Assembly: GCA_020740485.1 (NCBI GenBank)
Contig: DYMN01000010.1
Span: 9,974 to 73,973, forward strand
DNA from: Polaribacter sp.
GTDB taxonomy: Bacteria > Bacteroidota > Bacteroidia > Flavobacteriales > Flavobacteriaceae
DNA: 64,000 nt
Direction: 5' to 3'
Each line of letters opens with the position of its first letter. Position 1 is the first letter of the stretch. This document shows positions 10,757-19,391 of the stretch, piece by piece. The position numbers were made by a program, and so were the translations under genes. Below the pieces are notes generated by a model. The model made no database searches and was not told the DNA's origin. It saw only the letters and a program-made list of their open reading frames with translations.

Positions 10757-12049
10757 ATGGTTTACATCTATTCCGAACATAAAACCAAAAGATTACAATA
10801 CACTTGCGAAGTACTTTTCAAGTCTGTTTTAGATACTGATTTCAAGATAGTTGACCAATCCACATTTGAAAAAATTGAAAATGAACCCAAAATCAATTAT
10901 AGTTCTAAAATTATTGAAAATGCTATAAATATTGTTCCACAATCACTACTTTTTGAAGAAAATATAGTTGATCAAGGTATTCAAGTTCATTGGCAAAATA
11001 ATATTCCCTACTTTTTTAAAACTTCTCAACTTTCTGAAATAGAATATGATATATTTTCTATGCTTTTCTATATGGTGAGTCGTTATGAAGAATATTTGCC
11101 GTTCGAACCGGACGTTCACGGACGCTTTTCCGCCAAAATCTCTATTGCCTACAAAGCCAATTTTTTAGAACTTCCGGTAGTGCATTTGTGGGCTAATGAG
11201 TTGATAAAATATGTGTTAGCAAAATATCCAACTTATACATTTCCTGAAAAAAAATTCTCTCAAATCAACAGCATTGATATAGATATTGCCTACCATGTCA
11301 AAGGCAAACCATTAACAAGACAATTGGGTGGATTTGTAAAATCCTTATTTAGATTTGATTTCCAAGACATTAAACAAAGATTTCAGTTTTACACAACCGG
11401 TAAAGATATTTTTGACACGTATTATTTTATTGAGCAATCCATAAAAAAATCGAACATCCCAACCGTTTTTTTTATTGAATTAGGAAAACACGGAAAATTT
11501 GATAAGAATTTGCCGTTAAATTCTATTTTAAAAAATTTAATTCATCGTTTATCCAAAATCGGGGAAGTTGGGATTCATCCTTCTTATCAATCCAATTCCA
11601 ATATTGATGAATTAAAACGCGAAATCAATAGTTTATCGAAAGTTTTGGAGAAAAAAACAACGTTAAGTCGACAACATTTTTTGAAATTGCTTTTTCCCGC
11701 TACCTATGAAAACTTGATAGCAAACGGCATCACTACGGATTATACCATGGGTTATGCAGATCAAATTGGATTTAGAGCAGGAATGTGTGTTCCCTACCCA
11801 TTTTTTAATTTGAAAATGAACGAAATCAGACCTTTGACGCTTGTTCCTTTTCAGATCATGGAGGGTACTTTGAAAGATTATATGCAGTTGGACATGGAAA
11901 ATGCAATAAAAAAAGTAAAAGAAATGAAAGAAAATATTAAATCGGTAAAGGGAACCTTTGTCAGTATTTTCCATAATTCAACATTGTCAAATGAAGGCGA
12001 ATGGAAAGATTGGATAAAAATTTATGAAAATATACTTTCAAACGATTGA
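10757..12049 (+). CDS. polysaccharide deacetylase family-like protein (conserved Flavobacteriia protein)
   Basis: N-terminus YIYSEHKTKRLQYTCEVLF resembles the family that follows GT genes in Flavobacteriia. This is recalled from memory only. Confidence 0.5.
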   Translation: MVYIYSEHKTKRLQYTCEVLFKSVLDTDFKIVDQSTFEKIENEPKINYSSKIIENAINIVPQSLLFEENIVDQGIQVHWQNNIPYFFKTSQLSEIEYDIFSMLFYMVSRYEEYLPFEPDVHGRFSAKISIAYKANFLELPVVHLWANELIKYVLAKYPTYTFPEKKFSQINSIDIDIAYHVKGKPLTRQLGGFVKSLFRFDFQDIKQRFQFYTTGKDIFDTYYFIEQSIKKSNIPTVFFIELGKHGKFDKNLPLNSILKNLIHRLSKIGEVGIHPSYQSNSNIDELKREINSLSKVLEKKTTLSRQHFLKLLFPATYENLIANGITTDYTMGYADQIGFRAGMCVPYPFFNLKMNEIRPLTLVPFQIMEGTLKDYMQLDMENAIKKVKEMKENIKSVKGTFVSIFHNSTLSNEGEWKDWIKIYENILSND

Positions 12050-12070
12050 GTAGAGTTTGAGAAAATGACT

Positions 12071-12078
12071 TAATTTTG
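12071..12078 (+). promoter_or_regulatory. candidate -7 box (taattttg) for the oxidoreductase operon
   Basis: Exact TAnnTTTG match 65 nt upstream of the TTG start at 12143. Confidence 0.4.
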
Positions 12079-12088
12079 CTGTTTTAAA

Positions 12089-12121
12089 AACTCTGAAAGG
12101 GTTTGAAACCCTTTCAGAGTT
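12089..12121 (+). other. strong hairpin (16+16 nt perfect palindrome)
   Basis: aactctgaaagggttt-g-aaaccctttcagagtt with no T-run. It could be a leader structure or a terminator of the upstream gene. Confidence 0.6.
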
Positions 12122-12142
12122 AAAAATTTTAAATTATACATT

Positions 12143-13261
12143 TTGAATACTAAAAAAGTTCTCATAGATGCTTCTCGAATTATCACGGAAGCCTTAGTAC
12201 AATCAGGGGCGGATATTTTTATCGGCTATCCCATTACACCCTCTAATTTATTTTATTCCTATGGCAAACAGCGTTTCCCACAATTCATGGCAGGACCGGA
12301 TGAAATTTCCGTTTTGCAATGGATGAGCGGGTTTTCCGCTTCAGGGAAATTACCCGTTACCGCCACTGCTTTTCCCGGATTAGCCTTAATGACCGAAACG
12401 CTCAATATGGCTTATATGATGGAATTACCAATGGTTTTGGTGATTACACAACGTTTAGGTCCAAGTACGGGTTCTGCTACAACCGGTGCACAAGGTGATT
12501 TGAAATTTGTGGACGGCGTCATTTCCGGTGGATTGCCCTTGCCCGTATTTTCGCCCTCCAATTTCAACGACGCTTGGACCTTAGCACACGAAGCAGTAAA
12601 AACCGCCATCAACTTCCGAACTCCGGTTATTCTATTGACTTCCAAAGAATTGGTTATGACTCAGAAGAGTTTTGATGTGAGTACCTTAGAACCTTTGCAA
12701 AAAGTGGACAGAACGCCAAAACCATACGAAAAACCCTATCAAACCTATAAAGCCGGCGAAGATAAAGTTCCGACATTTTTACCTTTATTTAATGAGATGG
12801 AGCAAGTGAGATTCAATTCATCTACACACAATAATATGGGATTAATAGGTAAAAACGACGCAGAAAGTTTGGGTAACACATGGCGTTTACGCGAAAAATT
12901 GGAAACCAGAATCGATGAATTTACTTTCTACGAATACGATGCGCAAGAAAATGCAAAACATCTGATTGTTTCATGGGGAATTTCAGCCGATGCCGCACGA
13001 GATGCTGTTGCTCAACTACGCAATTCCGGAGAAAAAGCGAGTTTGCTCGTTGCCAAAACTTTATTGCCTGTACCACCCAAAATTTATGAAATCATAGACG
13101 CCTATGATAAAGTAACTTTTGCAGAAGAAAACATGACCGGAATGTATAAAGAATTGTTATATGGTAAACACCAAAACAAACACATCAACGTAGCAACCAA
13201 ATTTGGTACTATGTTGTCGCCAAGTGAGATAGTGGAGAAAGTGAAAGAATTTATTGAATAA
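12143..13261 (+). CDS. 2-oxoacid:ferredoxin (acceptor) oxidoreductase, alpha subunit
   Basis: 372 aa. GADIFIGYPITPS N-terminus and QRLGPSTGSATTGAQGD are typical of KorA/OFOR alpha subunits. TTG start. Confidence 0.8.
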   Translation: MNTKKVLIDASRIITEALVQSGADIFIGYPITPSNLFYSYGKQRFPQFMAGPDEISVLQWMSGFSASGKLPVTATAFPGLALMTETLNMAYMMELPMVLVITQRLGPSTGSATTGAQGDLKFVDGVISGGLPLPVFSPSNFNDAWTLAHEAVKTAINFRTPVILLTSKELVMTQKSFDVSTLEPLQKVDRTPKPYEKPYQTYKAGEDKVPTFLPLFNEMEQVRFNSSTHNNMGLIGKNDAESLGNTWRLREKLETRIDEFTFYEYDAQENAKHLIVSWGISADAARDAVAQLRNSGEKASLLVAKTLLPVPPKIYEIIDAYDKVTFAEENMTGMYKELLYGKHQNKHINVATKFGTMLSPSEIVEKVKEFIE

Positions 13262-13321
13262 ATCATTTTTTTTAATTTATCTAAAAACTTAACAAAGATT
13301 TTTTTTCATTCTAAAAAATAA

Positions 13322-14362
13322 ATGAATAGTTTTATCTCAAATAATGAATCTTTATTTTCAAAAATAGCAGATTTACTAATTTTTGCTAGAAAAAGAATTG
13401 TTCAATCTGTTCATCAAACAATGTCTATGACCTATTTTGAAATAGGTAGAATGATTGTTGAAGAAGAACAAAATGGAAAAGAACGAGCCACTTATGGCAA
13501 GCAAGTTTTAAAAGAATTATCAAAACGTTTGACATCTGAATTTGGAAAAGGTTTTTCAGTGGAGAACTTAGATAGAATGCGTTTTTTTTATAAAACATAC
13601 GCTTCACAAATTTCGTCAACAGTGTTGACGAATTCTGATTTTGATAACACTATTCAATATCAATTCAAGTTAAGTTGGTCTCATTATCTTATGCTAATGA
13701 GAATTGATACTATTGAAGAACGAAGATTTTATGAAATAGAAGCCATTGAAAATAATTGGAGTCTTAGAGAACTCCAAAGACAGTTTAATAGTGCACTATT
13801 TGAAAGATTATCTTTAAGTAGAGACCGTCATCAAGTAAAAATTCTATCAGAAAAAGGGCAAATTGTAGAAAAACCGCAGGATGCAATGAAAGACCCTTAC
13901 GTTTTAGAGTTTTTAGGAATACCAGAATCTGAAAAATTTTCTGAAACTGATCTTGAACAAAAACTAATTGATAAACTAGAGCATTTTTTACTAGAATTAG
14001 GAAAAGGATTTACTTTTGTAGGAAGACAAGTAAGATTTTCTTTTGATGATAAACACTTCAGAGTTGATTTGGTTTTTTACAATCGTATTTTACAATGTTT
14101 TGTATTAATAGATCTAAAAATAGGAGAAATAACACATCAAGATTTAGGGCAAATGCAAATGTACGTGAACTATTATGACAGGTTTGTGAAATTGGATACT
14201 GAAAATAAAACAATCGGTATTATCTTATGTAAAAAGAAGAATGACACACTTGTAGAAATTACCTTACCTGAAAACAATGAACAAATTTTTGCCAGTAAAT
14301 ATCTCACGGTTTTACCGAGTAAAAAAGAATTAAAAGATTTAATAAATAACAAAGATTTTTAA
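13322..14362 (+). CDS. DUF1016/YhcG-family PD-(D/E)XK nuclease-like protein
   Basis: C-terminal core RVDLVFY...VLIDLKIGE...GQMQMYVNYYD (D...D/E-x-K) preceded by a helical N-domain; 346 aa. Confidence 0.75.
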   Translation: MNSFISNNESLFSKIADLLIFARKRIVQSVHQTMSMTYFEIGRMIVEEEQNGKERATYGKQVLKELSKRLTSEFGKGFSVENLDRMRFFYKTYASQISSTVLTNSDFDNTIQYQFKLSWSHYLMLMRIDTIEERRFYEIEAIENNWSLRELQRQFNSALFERLSLSRDRHQVKILSEKGQIVEKPQDAMKDPYVLEFLGIPESEKFSETDLEQKLIDKLEHFLLELGKGFTFVGRQVRFSFDDKHFRVDLVFYNRILQCFVLIDLKIGEITHQDLGQMQMYVNYYDRFVKLDTENKTIGIILCKKKNDTLVEITLPENNEQIFASKYLTVLPSKKELKDLINNKDF

Positions 14363-14399
14363 AAAATAATATTAACATAAAAAAAAGACTTCATTCAAA

Positions 14400-15635
14400 A
14401 TGGAAGTACAAGAAAAAATATTAACCAACGTTAAAATGCCGTTTTGTCCGGGATGCGGACACGGTATTTCCACCCGCAGTATCAGTGAAGCCCTTGAACA
14501 ATTGGGTTATAAACGCAAGGATGTTTCCATAGTGAGCGACATAGGTTGCTCAGGCTTGGTAGATCCGCTTTTTGACACACACAGCATTCACGGATTGCAC
14601 GGAAGATCGCCTGCATTGGGTGTGGGTGTATCGTTAGGAAATGAATTACCCAACAAAAAAACCATTGTCATTCAAGGAGATGGTGGAGCCACCATTGGAT
14701 TGCAACATATTTTGGAAGCTGCACGTAGAAATGTGGATATGACTTTGGTTATCTTCAATAACATGCTTTTTGGAATGACCGGCGGACAAATGAGCGGACT
14801 TTCCACCAACCAATTTAAAGATTACAAACAAAGCGCTGATGAAGCAGACCCTTATGATGTCATTCAGTTGGCACACACAGCAGGTGCTGCCTATGCACGC
14901 AGAGTAAACCATATTGCCAATTTTACAGATGCGTTAAAAGAAGCCATTGCTACACGCGGGTTTTCTGTGGTGGAATTGGCAAGTTTATGTACATCCTATT
15001 CCATGAAAAAAGTTTCCGAATATCAGGAATATATCGTGGAAGAAGAAAAATTCATCAATGATCGTCCTGTGGGACATTCACCGGTGAGATCCACAAAACC
15101 CTTGATTGAAAACATGAAAGGCTTGGACACTTTGTTTGGTAATAATTTGGAAGGACGAATTGGCGTTTTAATAGCCGGAAGTGCCGGTGGTGGCGTTCAA
15201 TCTGCTGCACAGCAATTGGCGCAAGCAGGAATTTTAGCAGGATTGCATAGCACGATGAAAGGAGAATATCCCATCACGGTAGGAACCGGATTTTCTGTTG
15301 CCGAAGTCATTTTATCGAAAGAACCCATCAATTATACCGGATTGGAAAAAGCCGATGTAGCACTTATTATCACCGATGATGGATATAAAAAAGTTAAAAA
15401 CATTCTGTCTGATAAAACCCAAGTTTTGATTGATGAAAAAGTGGAAATGGAAACCAATTTCACCAAAAAAGGGTTTACCAAAGCAGGTGGTAAAAAAGGA
15501 GCAGCCCTGAGTGCTTTGGCATATTGGCTCAATGAAAGTAACGTATTTTCACCCGATGCCTTGCTAAAAGTGGTTGAAAATCACAAGTATGCAACGGAAT
15601 TAAGTGAAGCAATCAGTAGTTACAAAAACGTATAA
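14400..15635 (+). CDS. 2-oxoacid:ferredoxin oxidoreductase, beta subunit fused to a gamma-like domain
   Basis: TPP-binding beta region (FCPGCGHG, IQGDGG) followed by a gamma-like module (IGVLIAGSAGGGVQSAAQ); 411 aa. Confidence 0.75.
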   Translation: MEVQEKILTNVKMPFCPGCGHGISTRSISEALEQLGYKRKDVSIVSDIGCSGLVDPLFDTHSIHGLHGRSPALGVGVSLGNELPNKKTIVIQGDGGATIGLQHILEAARRNVDMTLVIFNNMLFGMTGGQMSGLSTNQFKDYKQSADEADPYDVIQLAHTAGAAYARRVNHIANFTDALKEAIATRGFSVVELASLCTSYSMKKVSEYQEYIVEEEKFINDRPVGHSPVRSTKPLIENMKGLDTLFGNNLEGRIGVLIAGSAGGGVQSAAQQLAQAGILAGLHSTMKGEYPITVGTGFSVAEVILSKEPINYTGLEKADVALIITDDGYKKVKNILSDKTQVLIDEKVEMETNFTKKGFTKAGGKKGAALSALAYWLNESNVFSPDALLKVVENHKYATELSEAISSYKNV

Positions 15636-15640
15636 ATCAT

Positions 15641-15680
15641 AAAAAAAGTCGGTTACTAATCTAACCGACTTTTTTATTTT
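15641..15680. terminator. bidirectional intrinsic terminator between convergent genes
   Basis: A-run, then agtcggtta-ctaatc-taaccgact, then T-run. Confidence 0.8.
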
Positions 15681-15699
15681 TTTAAATGGAAAGAACTTT

Positions 15700-16770
15700 T
15701 TAAATTTTCTTAGACAATTCCTTAATCGCTTGTTCGTCGTTTTTGGGAACTATCATTAAAGTATCCTGATAATCTACCACAATAAAATCTTGCAACCCTT
15801 TGATAATAACTTTCTTACCTTTATCCGTGCGGATGATGTTTTGCTGTGCATCTTCAAAATATACTTGTGCATGGACTACGGCATTATCATGAGCATCTTT
15901 ATCTAATTTTTGATGCAAAGCACCCCAAGTTCCTAAATCATTCCAACCCATATCCACAGGTAAAACAAATACATTTTCGGCTTTTTCCAAAATGGCATAA
16001 TCTACTGATATGTTCTCACTTTTCGGATAATTTTCTTGAATAAATTCACTTTCTTTATCCGTATTATACACAGCATTCCCTTGGCTGAGCAATGCAAATG
16101 TCTGTGGCAAGTATTGTTGAAAAGCCTTTAAAATACTTTTGGATGACCAAATAAAAATTCCGGCATTCCACAGAAAATCACCACTTTCAATGAATCTCAC
16201 TGCATTTTCATAATCCGGTTTTTCAGTGAAGCGGGTTACTTTTTTAATATCCGTTTTTCCTTTTTCAAATTGGATGTAACCATATCCCGTGTTGGGATAA
16301 GTTGGAACGATACCCATGGTCATTAAGACATCTTGCGCCTGACATTGATGATAAGATTGCAATAATTTTTCTAAAAAAATATCTTCGCGGTCTATCCAAT
16401 GATCACTGGGCGCAATGAGAATCAAAGCGTCAGGGTTGAGCGCATTGATTTTCAAGGCAGTGTAGAGTATTGCCGGTGCTGTGTTGCGCATAGCAGGTTC
16501 TAAAACTAATTGATTTTCAGTAATTAAAGGCAACTGTTGTAGCGTTAATTCCTTGTATTTTTCATTGGTAGAAATTAAGATGTTTTCCGCCGCAACCAAG
16601 GGCAAGATTCGGTCAAAAGTTTGTTGTAACAACGATTTTCCTGTTCCCAACAAATCATGAAATTGTTTTGGGTTTTCGGGTGTACTCACTGGCCAAAATC
16701 GGCTACCAACGCCACCGGCCATGATGACTGCGTATAGGTTTTTGTTTGAGATTTGTGTTTCTTTGTTCAT
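15700..16770 (-). CDS. mannose-1-phosphate guanylyltransferase
   Basis: NLYAVIMAGGVGSRFWP nucleotidyl-transferase P-loop; 356 aa with no PMI domain. Confidence 0.85.
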   Translation of the reverse strand: MNKETQISNKNLYAVIMAGGVGSRFWPVSTPENPKQFHDLLGTGKSLLQQTFDRILPLVAAENILISTNEKYKELTLQQLPLITENQLVLEPAMRNTAPAILYTALKINALNPDALILIAPSDHWIDREDIFLEKLLQSYHQCQAQDVLMTMGIVPTYPNTGYGYIQFEKGKTDIKKVTRFTEKPDYENAVRFIESGDFLWNAGIFIWSSKSILKAFQQYLPQTFALLSQGNAVYNTDKESEFIQENYPKSENISVDYAILEKAENVFVLPVDMGWNDLGTWGALHQKLDKDAHDNAVVHAQVYFEDAQQNIIRTDKGKKVIIKGLQDFIVVDYQDTLMIVPKNDEQAIKELSKKI

Positions 16771-16778
16771 TGATAAAT

Positions 16779-16921
16779 GTGGAAATTTGGAAATGTGTTA
16801 ATTTGGAAATGCGATGCACTGAGCTTGTCGAAGTGTGTTAATTTAGAAATTTAGAAATGCAATGCCCAAGTTTCCCTAAGTTCCATAATATGCTAATTTG
16901 CTAATCAGCTAATTAACTAAT
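16779..16921. repeat. mosaic intergenic element: tandem NTGNNAAT octamers around a 24-nt core
   Basis: gtggaaat ttggaaat gtgttaat ttggaaat | gcgatgca ctgagctt gtcgaagt | gtgttaat ttagaaat ttagaaat ... atgctaat ttgctaat cagctaat taactaat. Confidence 0.85.
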
Positions 16922-17524
16922 TTTCAAAACCTCCGCATGGGCACTTACCAAATATTGTTTTTTAGTTCTTACTTCTTCGCAAAGATAGCGGGTTCGGCGC
17001 AATTCTCCTAATTTAAAACGCTTGGTGTTGAGTTCAAACACAGTTCCAATAGACAACTGATGTAAATAAGTTTTTTCTTCAGTTTGCGGATCGTATTTTC
17101 TTAAAACCTTTACCAAATGTGGGTCTGCTCCACTTGATGCTTTGGGATTTTTCATGTGTTTGGCTAATACAGACAACACATCATCTGGGAAAACTTCGGG
17201 TCTGAGCAAAGGCAACATCAAATATTTGAATTCTGTTTTCCATTCTATTCCGTGTGGTGCTGTATTTCGCTTGTTTTTTTTAAAATTCAAAAAATGAGCC
17301 AATTCATGCACCAAAGTAATCAAAAAAGCGTACGGATTCAAATTGAAATTGACCGTTATTTGTGGTTTTGCATTACCGGAAACCCTAAAATCGCCGTGTT
17401 TAGTCAAGCGTTCACGTGTAATTTTGAGATGCAAAGGATGTTTTTCCAACAATTCAATGATGTAATCAATGGAATCAATCGGAATATATTCTGATAAAAC
17501 TTTATGGTAGTGTGCTTTGTTCAA
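16913..17524 (-). CDS. SprT-like zinc metallopeptidase domain protein
   Basis: HELAHF (HExxH) motif within an SprT-like layout; 203 aa. Confidence 0.7.
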   Translation of the reverse strand: MNKAHYHKVLSEYIPIDSIDYIIELLEKHPLHLKITRERLTKHGDFRVSGNAKPQITVNFNLNPYAFLITLVHELAHFLNFKKNKRNTAPHGIEWKTEFKYLMLPLLRPEVFPDDVLSVLAKHMKNPKASSGADPHLVKVLRKYDPQTEEKTYLHQLSIGTVFELNTKRFKLGELRRTRYLCEEVRTKKQYLVSAHAEVLKIS

Positions 17525-17563
17525 ATTAGATTTGATTCAAATAATTTTCAATTTTCTTTCGGT

Positions 17564-17575
17564 CGCTGAGCGCAG
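17564..17575. repeat. fragment of the repeat core (cgctgagcgcag)
   Basis: Identical 12-mer to 37598..37609 in the ars-island mosaic. Confidence 0.5.
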
Positions 17576-17596
17576 CAGAAACGTACCTTTTGCATT

Positions 17597-18265
17597 TCAA
17601 GGCGTCGAATGAGCCACTTGCAGGACTTTTCCATTAAAAAACTGCGCTCCATTCAAAGCGAAATCTGCTATAAACGTTGCCATTTCTTCTGCTGTAGTTG
17701 GTGCTTGAAAATTCGGAAATGCTTCTGCCAGCATCTCGGTTTGCACGGCTCCCAATGCCAAAGCGTTGAAAGAAATTTTTTGCTCCTTATATTCTTCCGC
17801 CAAAACTTCGGTGAGTGTAATCAAAGCCCCTTTTGACGAACTGTATGCTGACAATCCTGCAAATTTTGAACTTCCTTGAATGCCACCCATACTGCTGATG
17901 TTCAACATATGGCTACCTTTTTGCATTTTAGGCAACAAAAATCGAGTTAATTCTGCTACGGCAAAAACATTCACTTGATATACCTCTTGAAAATCTTGGT
18001 TAGTAAGGGTTTCAAAGGGTTTGTTGATGAGTTTTCCCGCATTGTGAATCACGATGTCAATAGTATTAAATTGATTTACATCCAACAGTTTAGAAAAATC
18101 AGGATGGGAAAAATCAACAGAAATTGCTTTTATATTAGGCAAATTTTCCAATGCAGCAATATTGCGTGATAGTGCTGTAATTTTGTGTTTCTTAGAAAGA
18201 ATTTTTACCAATTCCAACCCAATGCCACGTCCGGCACCTGTGATTATGATGTTTTTTTGACTCAT
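17597..18265 (-). CDS. short-chain dehydrogenase/reductase (SDR)
   Basis: TGAGRGIG cofactor motif and YSSSK catalytic motif; 222 aa. Confidence 0.85.
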   Translation of the reverse strand: MSQKNIIITGAGRGIGLELVKILSKKHKITALSRNIAALENLPNIKAISVDFSHPDFSKLLDVNQFNTIDIVIHNAGKLINKPFETLTNQDFQEVYQVNVFAVAELTRFLLPKMQKGSHMLNISSMGGIQGSSKFAGLSAYSSSKGALITLTEVLAEEYKEQKISFNALALGAVQTEMLAEAFPNFQAPTTAEEMATFIADFALNGAQFFNGKVLQVAHSTP

Positions 18266-18490
18266 GCTACAAAGGTAAAAATTAGTATGATTATAAAAAC
18301 CATTTCCATGCTAATATCGTTTCAATGTTTTTATCTTTATTTAACATCCTTTTAATAAATAATTTATATCCATTGAAAATATTATTTAATCAAGAATTAC
18401 TTAATTTTTATGAATTATTATTTTTAATTTTTGTTATTACAAAAAAATAATCTGATTTATTCTTTCATAAAGAAAGGTTATCAGTTTATT

Positions 18491-19264
18491 TTATTCTTTT
18501 TTGATGGATAAAAAACGAGTAAAACCCAATGTTCCACTCATGGCATTTAATAAAAATAGATCTTCCTGACCGTTTACTATCCACATTTCTACATTATTTT
18601 GTTGGCATATTTCTGCTGCAATCATTTTGGAAGACATACCGCCGGTACCCAAATCTGATTTTGAATCTCTTGCTAAATGGGTAAAATTTTTGAGTTCAAC
18701 CACTTCTTTAATTAAAGTAGCTTGTGGGTTTTTTTTGGGATCATCGGTGTATAAACCATTGATGTCCGAAACCAAAACCAATAAATCTGCCTGTACTAAA
18801 CCCGCAGTGAGTGCAGCCAATTGGTCATTGTCGCCAAAGGTTATTTCCTCCGTAGCCACGGTATCATTCTCGTTGATAATGGGAATAAATCCATTGTAAA
18901 TCAAGGCATCTAAGGTGTTGATGATATTTTGTCGCGAATTTTCATTTTGAAAATCAGAGTAGGAAAAAAGACATTGAGCCACCTCCAATTGAGATTTTTT
19001 AAATATCTCTTGATAAATCTCCATTAATATAGGTTGACCTATGGCAGCCAATGCTTGCTTGAGTGGTAATTCAGATTGAGAAGCCTTCAGTTTAAAATGT
19101 TGTTTGGCTGCTGCAACCGCTCCTGAAGATACTATAATGACATGAAATTTCTCTTGCAACGCTACAATTTGATGAGCAATATCCATTAATTTTTCTCGAG
19201 AAATTTCCCATTTCCCTTGAGTCAAAGTGCTGCTTCCAAATTTTATGACAAGTTTTTTTTTCAT
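18491..19264 (-). CDS. proB: glutamate 5-kinase (short form, no PUA domain)
   Basis: Amino-acid-kinase fold (VIKFGSSTLT, IINENDTVA, DNDQLAA) next to proA; 257 aa. Confidence 0.85.
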   Translation of the reverse strand: MKKKLVIKFGSSTLTQGKWEISREKLMDIAHQIVALQEKFHVIIVSSGAVAAAKQHFKLKASQSELPLKQALAAIGQPILMEIYQEIFKKSQLEVAQCLFSYSDFQNENSRQNIINTLDALIYNGFIPIINENDTVATEEITFGDNDQLAALTAGLVQADLLVLVSDINGLYTDDPKKNPQATLIKEVVELKNFTHLARDSKSDLGTGGMSSKMIAAEICQQNNVEMWIVNGQEDLFLLNAMSGTLGFTRFLSIKKE

Positions 19265-19391
19265 ACTTTATAAGTTACAATGATTAATGCCACTACTGCT
19301 TTAATATAGACAAAAAAGCAGTGACAATGATAGACTATATTTAAGGACAAAGCAAAGCGGTTTCATTTCAAAGTTGCGAAAATAGCAAAAT

